A stretch of DNA of 64,000 nt, taken from contig CAKKNE010000002.1 in NCBI GenBank assembly GCA_918797485.1, positions 2,356,001 to 2,420,000 of the forward strand, written 5' to 3'. Shown in pieces: positions 59,101 to 64,000 of the stretch; position 1 is the first letter of the stretch, and every line of letters starts with the position of its first letter. Source of the DNA: Pelagomonas calceolata (lineage: Eukaryota). Under the pieces are notes generated by a model. The model worked only from the letters and a program-made list of their open reading frames with translations, made no database searches and was not told where the DNA came from. Both the position numbers and the translations under genes were made by a program.

Positions 59101-61125
59101 GCCTGGGCGCCGGCGCTCTACCGCGTCGCCGTCGCCGCGTACCGCGGCGCGAACGTCCAACGCCTCGCGCGCGGGGCGACGGACGCGGCCCTCTGCTTCG
59201 ACGCGCTGGGCCGCGCGCCGCCGGAGCCGGGCAAGGAGCCCGTCCGCATGCGCGCCGAGGCCGACGCCGCCCGGTTCACGGAGAGCGCCGCCGCCGCGCG
59301 GGCCGCGGCGGAGGCCCAGGTCGCCGAGCTCCGGGCCTCGCTCGCCAGCGCCCAGCTGGCTTTACAAAAAGCCGCGGGCTTCGGCGCGACGAGCGCGGCC
59401 CAGGTGCGGCGCGAGCTTGGCGCGGCGCTGCGCCTCGCCGACGCGAAGACGGCCCGGTTCGCGGCCCACGCCGCGGCGCGGTCGCTCGACGAGCGGTCCG
59501 CGACGCGCCGCGCGGCCGCGCTGCGAGCCCAGCCCAGCGCGGTCGGCGGCGTGTGGGCCTGCGAGGGCGTCTACGGCACGCGGCGCGCGGTCGCCTGCGT
59601 GTCCAGGAACGCCCGCTTGATTTTGAATCGCTTCACGAATGCGTTGCTGCCCCGCGGGCCGACGATGACGCCGACGTTCGACGGCGAGGCGCCCAATCTC
59701 CGTGCGCACGTCGCGTTGCGCGGCGACGCGAGTTCCTATATTCGCGCGCAGCTCGACGTGCTCGCGACGTGCCGCACGCCGGAGCATTCCAAGAATGCGC
59801 CGCGCGCCGGCGCGGCCGCGTGCGTCGAGCTCGCGGCGGCCCTGGACGACGCCGACGTCGCGCAGGGTCTGTTCGGCCGCGCGAAGCCTTTGAGAAAGGC
59901 GGCGCGCGCGGCGGCCCTGCTCAAACGCGGTGGCCTGGCGAACATCGTGCGGGCCGCCGCGAAGAAGGATCCCCTGGAAGCGGCCGCGCCGAAGCAGGAG
60001 CTCCTGCTCGTCGCCGTCGCCGCGGGGCCCGGCGCCGACAAGTGGGGCGGCGGCGCGCTGCGGTTCGGGAGCGGCGCCCTCGCGACGCGCGCGGGCCGCG
60101 AGCGCGCGCTCAAGGACATCGGGAGGCTCCAGCTCGTGTTCGGGGGCCAGTGTCCCCTGGGACTTCACGCGCTGTTGCCCGTTGATAAAACCTACGTGGC
60201 GGTCGTCCTCCGCGTGGCGCTGTGGCAGATCGGCCCGGCGGCCGACGCCTCGCGCAATAACCTCCTGGTCGACGCTTCGGCGCGCGAGAACGTCTCGGCG
60301 TCGTCGGAGGGCGCGCAGGCGCTCGCGGCGACGGCGGCGTCCTTGAAGCGCGGCGACCACGAGGGCGAGGTCGCGCAGACGCTTTCGGACATTCGGGAGG
60401 CGGCCGAGCGCGGCGAGTGGAGACGGGTCTACTCGCTAGATCGCCGCCTCGCGCTCGCCGGCGACGTGGCGGCGACGAGCGCGCCGCCGGCGACGGCGCC
60501 GGCCGAGGCGTTGCGAGGTCTCAGCGTCGCCCCGCTGGAAAAAAGGCTCGCGGCGCACGTGCGATTGTTGGATGGTACCGTCCAGGACGCCTTGCGGCTC
60601 GAGGGCCTCTGTGGTGTCTTGCGCGCGTTGCTGGTGTTGCCCAAGCATCTGCGAGCAAAGGTCTCGCCGCAAAAGATCGGGGACCACGCGCAAGTCGTGG
60701 TCGACGGCGTCGACGCCCTCGTCGCGTCGCCGCAGAGCGTCCACTTCTCGGGCGCCGGTCGGTCCCTCGCGGGGAAATTACGGGGCTCCGACGCGACCGC
60801 GCCCGGACTCGTGGTGACGTCGCTGGCCGCCGCCGCCGCGGCCCGCCTGGCCGACGCGGACGTGTCCGAGGGCCGACAACCCGCGAATGCCACCAAGGTC
60901 GCGGGCGCGCGCGCGCAAGCCGCGGCCCTGGCGCTGCTGCGCGAGGCGGCCGATTTTTCGAGGGCTCTCGGGGAAGCGGCGGCGGCGAACGCCCACGCCG
61001 GAGACTTCGAGATGGCCGTCCACGTGGCCGCGCTGCGGTGGGGCGCGGCGCCGGTCGACGTCGCCGACGGCCCGGAGGATGCGACGTCGCCGGGCGTGCC
61101 GACGCCCCGCGGGTTCTTTGACTAA
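56110..61125 (+). CDS. Large Ala-rich hypothetical protein (1671 aa), possible degenerate PDZ-like segment
   Basis: Uninterrupted 5-kb ORF; DRVVAVHGVGCLGMDARAVAALI is the only motif recognised. Confidence 0.65.
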   Translation: MHRLASLRSKITKKEEPQQNTKEAVPKQWRALAECLTSFARAAKRDESTNLRYVYDKLGAFASRDVVDRTIDAAAVSNDADHLQPSARRVLHGGEAAARGTPKIMNLVDDAGLAEARAAAQLFAESVRSTVPCPEGYNLTTTRAIRCGAPHCFAREGAHDWFSPQIASSTGSGPRFHRDGLNVETERGEFGGRAGQELALLSPRGGPLGACEAIARCAAGGGALHRRGAPLRVVGVQVSVLVAGPDLERAMELFGTVVLREALQASESERCIVLALETAGVATGGPTARDALDVLEATTTPAAAAAVAVTAAAEAATPARRWRVARLKKRRDAAAFTTALKGSTIKKNAARLALLLRCPGGLVRVEATYALHFAEPQRPVRAFSAEPAASILDGVFPTDVDADAYASRAAAPAEDVRDAVLRCQRLSAAGLRCGDKALAAAAVTPARPQLAPGAAALAAVAADARELRRGARAVADALRVIADALRPKAANRTAHAFCGPAAACALASDAMDDDWGLWQPASDDVSGDPWLFGGVGAGPSDAQKARSKSGLASPAKSKRPGTGASAASKRDDDAEETLSRAACRAWLHVAEHDFMKWRDRAVDYARRAGAAQDAEDVDTVFLASVLRQDLAAVSEGGDDALRAGAAARWDRLAAAVALERPDVVLKSGSSYETEDGDAPGLLLGDGEDALGRVGLLGPGRRRGALAAAAADAHRDAVADVHLRRDGGGLRLPDLARLFAGDDNAEVLHAEADVDVVDGPDGFVEVAATSDRVVAVHGVGCLGMDARAVAALIDASLQQPKTTDDEAWFADATQSAKPPPKPKPLRLERPGNAPLDDWAPARHVLSAALHAAATRLERIGGLFGVAERGLDARAWAAVAARAADDVRNARLERRRRQAAAARAERRRARGFEGDAAVAPEPVEEVRDPASVVDALTAVAKRARGAAKKLREAELAPLRPEPSPSAAPTKIEGGDAAAVVVKTGAAACLARAAYETVNDAWAPALYRVAVAAYRGANVQRLARGATDAALCFDALGRAPPEPGKEPVRMRAEADAARFTESAAAARAAAEAQVAELRASLASAQLALQKAAGFGATSAAQVRRELGAALRLADAKTARFAAHAAARSLDERSATRRAAALRAQPSAVGGVWACEGVYGTRRAVACVSRNARLILNRFTNALLPRGPTMTPTFDGEAPNLRAHVALRGDASSYIRAQLDVLATCRTPEHSKNAPRAGAAACVELAAALDDADVAQGLFGRAKPLRKAARAAALLKRGGLANIVRAAAKKDPLEAAAPKQELLLVAVAAGPGADKWGGGALRFGSGALATRAGRERALKDIGRLQLVFGGQCPLGLHALLPVDKTYVAVVLRVALWQIGPAADASRNNLLVDASARENVSASSEGAQALAATAASLKRGDHEGEVAQTLSDIREAAERGEWRRVYSLDRRLALAGDVAATSAPPATAPAEALRGLSVAPLEKRLAAHVRLLDGTVQDALRLEGLCGVLRALLVLPKHLRAKVSPQKIGDHAQVVVDGVDALVASPQSVHFSGAGRSLAGKLRGSDATAPGLVVTSLAAAAAARLADADVSEGRQPANATKVAGARAQAAALALLREAADFSRALGEAAAANAHAGDFEMAVHVAALRWGAAPVDVADGPEDATSPGVPTPRGFFD

Positions 61126-61530
61126 GTGTTTCTGTGTATCTATCTTGAAGGTGCCTTCTGTTACGGTGCTAGGTCTAGGTGCTAGGACTATCTACAAGCC
61201 CGAGTCTGAAGAAGGCCCGCGCGCGGCGAGCCGAACTCGGCCTAGCCCCCGCGGGTTCCGCCAGGACTAGTAGGCTGCGTCAACTAGGCCCTCAGATGTC
61301 CTCAGAGGCCTGCTGCGGAGGACCCCCTATAGCCTGAGCCTTTTTGACGTCCGCCGGCTGGAGACGTGCGACGGCTGCGCCTTCGGGCCGATGGCCCGAT
61401 GAGGCAGCAAGCGCTGTGTTACTGGTGCGCGGGCGTGTCGCGGTGACCCGGAATTACTCGTTGGGCAGCCCTCGGCACCAGGCGTGCCGCTAGGCACACA
61501 CTGCGGCAGCAGGGCGGCCGCAGCGCGAGC

Positions 61531-64000
61531 ATGAGCTTCGCTGGCGACGACCAGGACGGCGGCGGCGACCGCAGCTGGCTCCGCAGAGTCGCGGCGGTGG
61601 ACGTCGCCCTCACGTGCCTCGCGACGTTTTACGTGTGCTTTAGCGTGCCGTTTCGGATAGCCTTCGTGCCGGGCTTCTCGGTGCGGACGCCCGAGTACGC
61701 GCCGTGGGTGGCGTGCGACTATGCGGTGGATGCGTTTTTCGTGTTGCGATGGCTCGTCGAAATGTCAATGCTTTGTTTTGAGCCCGAGGACGCGGTCACG
61801 GTCCAGGCAGCTTGGTTCTCGACGGGCACGGGCACTCTGGACACGAACTCGCCGACAGTTCGATTCCTCCGCGGGCTACTTTACCACGCTTCTGCGACGG
61901 TGCCCCTCGAATTAGTAGCGCCGCGTATCGCGTCCGAGTGTAGCTGGGCCTGGAGCGCGGCCTGCTTCAATAAGGCGCTACTCCAGGCGAACCGCTTGCT
62001 CCGCGTATTACAGGCGCCGGAGGCTGCGCGACGAGCATTTTCTCTACTGGAGCATCGCATGGAGGTCGGCCGGCTGCGCATGTGGCTGCTCTTCCTGATC
62101 ATGAGTATCGCGGGCCACTGGGCAGCGTGCGCCTTCTTTATCGCCGCGAGACTCGACGAGGCCTCGCCCGTGCGCAGAGCCAGAGAAGACGCGACATGGC
62201 CAAGAGTGGATGGCCTCTGGAACACCACCCTCGTACAAGATGACGTCTTCATAGAACTGGAGCGCTCGAGGCTCCACGCTTATGCGCGGTCCTACTACTG
62301 GGCCTTGGTCACCATGGTCACCACCGGCTACGGCGACATCGTCCCTAGAGCAAGAGTGGAGACGTGGACTTGTATCATATGCATGTACGTGGGCATGTCG
62401 ATCTCCTGCGCCGCGATCGCCAATCTTACGTTATTGGTCATGTCGGCGAACGCGCAGAATGCAGGCCATCTCGCGCGGCTCGACGGGTTACGGAGGTACG
62501 CGAGATATAGAAGATTGCCACCGAACGTCGCTCGGCGCGTCGTCGCCTACGTCGAGCACGAGTGGAACCGGCGCCGCGGCGTCGACGCTGTGGCATTCGA
62601 CCGCGAGCTGCCGGCTACATTAAGGCAGGCGTGCGCGCGCGTCCGAGCCGCGGCTCTGTTGCGAAAGCTGCCGGCACTGGCTGAAGGCATTGCCAACGAA
62701 GCTGTTGTGAACGCGCTGGCCTTGAAACTCGAGGCTAAAACGTACGCGCCGCAGGACGACGTAGTGAGGCCCGGCGAGCGGGTCGCCGGCGCGATCCTCG
62801 TGAGCCGCGGCGAACTCGCCGTGCGCTCGCGCAAGGAGGCCGAGGAAGGCCAGGTCCTGCGGCTGAAGAGCGGCGACGCCTTCGGCGTGCGGTCGCTGTT
62901 CGCCGTGCACCAGTCCACAGTACTAGTCCAGGCGCACAGCTACTGCGACGCCTACTGGTTACTGCGGCGGGCCTTCGTGGCCGTGTGCCGGGCCCAGTGC
63001 TCGCCCCAGGAGCAGCTCGCCATGGCGAAGGCGGCGGACCCGCCGCCGGGCGACGTCGACCATCTAGGGTTAGCAGGCGGCGGCGGTGGCGCTTTGGTGC
63101 TGACGCCGTCGCCGCACAAAAAAGAGAAGAAGATGCTGAGGGAGCGCAAGGCGTCGCGGCTCTTCGCCTGGGGCGGCTTCCTCGGCGCCCGGCGCGTGTC
63201 TCCTCCAAAGGCAGCACCGGAAGCGCCGCCCCCCTCGACCACTCTCAATAAGCCCCACAAGCACGCGTGGCACCGGCCCGGGAGCCGCGGCCGCGCGCTC
63301 TACGAGGCATGTTGTTTCGCGCTCGTCGCGTTCTATGGCGTCGCGCTTCCGCTCATCCTCAAGACTGCCTACGCATCATCTATATTCAGATCGTGGGGCG
63401 GCAAGGAGCGGTTGCTCCTGGCAACGTATGTGGTCGACGTGTGTTGTATCGTCGACTTGGTGCTGCGTTCCACGGTCGTCTCGGAATTGGAGCATGGGGT
63501 GTTGGTGGACGACGGCCTGGGTTTGCGGCGATTGCTGCGGATGAAGCGCTACTGTCTCCTCGAGGTGTTGTGTCTGCTGCCCTGGGATTTGTTAGCGCTC
63601 GTCCTGACGTCGGGACCGTGCTGGCCCGCGGTCCTGCGCGCCGCGAAACTACCTCTAGTCATGCTCCGCCTGCCGTCGCAGACGCGGGCTTTAGGGGACG
63701 TCGCCGGCGCGCGGTGGCGCGTGTCCAAGGCCGCGCAGAAAATCATGGCGCTGAACGGCGCCATGCTCCTGGCGTGCCACTGGGCCGGCTGCGCATGGCT
63801 CCTCGCGGGGCGCGCCTCGGTTCGAGTGTACGGGAAAGACATGTCATGGATCACGCTCGACCGCGCATCCGTAGACAAGGGCTTCGTGGAGGGACGCCAC
63901 GCGTTCCTGCGCAACTACGACACCAGCGCCTGGAACCACGCCACCTGCACCTCCTCGTCTACAAAGGCGGTGTGCACGTATCTGCGAGCGGTCTATTTCG
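61531..64000 (+). CDS. Cyclic-nucleotide-binding-domain K+ channel with at least two channel repeats, 3' partial
   Basis: Not in the ORF track (no stop in window). FSVPFRIAF, YYWALVTMVTTGYGDIVP (K+ filter), CNBD-like YAPQDDVVRPGE...GDAFG, then a second TM set (VALPLILK...LPWDLL...CHWAGCAW...YLRAVYF). Confidence 0.85.
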   Translation, partial: MSFAGDDQDGGGDRSWLRRVAAVDVALTCLATFYVCFSVPFRIAFVPGFSVRTPEYAPWVACDYAVDAFFVLRWLVEMSMLCFEPEDAVTVQAAWFSTGTGTLDTNSPTVRFLRGLLYHASATVPLELVAPRIASECSWAWSAACFNKALLQANRLLRVLQAPEAARRAFSLLEHRMEVGRLRMWLLFLIMSIAGHWAACAFFIAARLDEASPVRRAREDATWPRVDGLWNTTLVQDDVFIELERSRLHAYARSYYWALVTMVTTGYGDIVPRARVETWTCIICMYVGMSISCAAIANLTLLVMSANAQNAGHLARLDGLRRYARYRRLPPNVARRVVAYVEHEWNRRRGVDAVAFDRELPATLRQACARVRAAALLRKLPALAEGIANEAVVNALALKLEAKTYAPQDDVVRPGERVAGAILVSRGELAVRSRKEAEEGQVLRLKSGDAFGVRSLFAVHQSTVLVQAHSYCDAYWLLRRAFVAVCRAQCSPQEQLAMAKAADPPPGDVDHLGLAGGGGGALVLTPSPHKKEKKMLRERKASRLFAWGGFLGARRVSPPKAAPEAPPPSTTLNKPHKHAWHRPGSRGRALYEACCFALVAFYGVALPLILKTAYASSIFRSWGGKERLLLATYVVDVCCIVDLVLRSTVVSELEHGVLVDDGLGLRRLLRMKRYCLLEVLCLLPWDLLALVLTSGPCWPAVLRAAKLPLVMLRLPSQTRALGDVAGARWRVSKAAQKIMALNGAMLLACHWAGCAWLLAGRASVRVYGKDMSWITLDRASVDKGFVEGRHAFLRNYDTSAWNHATCTSSSTKAVCTYLRAVYF

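Noticed and set aside
1..64000. tRNA, rRNA, transposase or viral genes
   Set aside because: None recognised; the autonomous partners of the introners and the MITE are not in this window

Overview
Very GC-rich, gene-dense eukaryotic nuclear DNA. Bipartite plastid presequences (signal peptide + 'AAA-F') and transposon-derived introns point to a photosynthetic stramenopile, most likely a pelagophyte (Pelagomonas/Aureococcus-like); this is inference. There are about 35 protein genes; most ORFs in the supplied track are antisense or off-frame shadows. Recognisable genes: RPB8, DHDPS-family lyase, ALDH12/P5CDH, Orai-like, mS38-like, CFAP47, MAPEG, GrpE, class I heme peroxidase, PPR, BRX1, DPH2, PRP39, RRP8, TAF1B/RRN7, DMT transporter, MOSC, and a CNBD K+ channel. 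Main structural findings: (1) nine introner-type introns, i.e. short elements with CTGTGTGGAAATCAA-type inverted ends and 8-bp target duplications, where the duplication supplies the GT/GC donor and the element end the AG acceptor, present at all stages of decay; (2) a nested foldback MITE with palindromic ends; (3) a recurrent intergenic motif CTAG-CGGC-TGTAAGACA-CTAG (7 copies). Unusual protein architectures: myristoylated SAM-TIR-...-AIF/FSP1-type oxidoreductase; CXXC-UDG-like-PHD; MBD-zfCW-RING; adenylation-PCP-ankyrin; PDZ-PPR; and an apparently nucleus-encoded PsaI with a tripartite presequence. All domain calls come from reading motifs by eye, with no database search.
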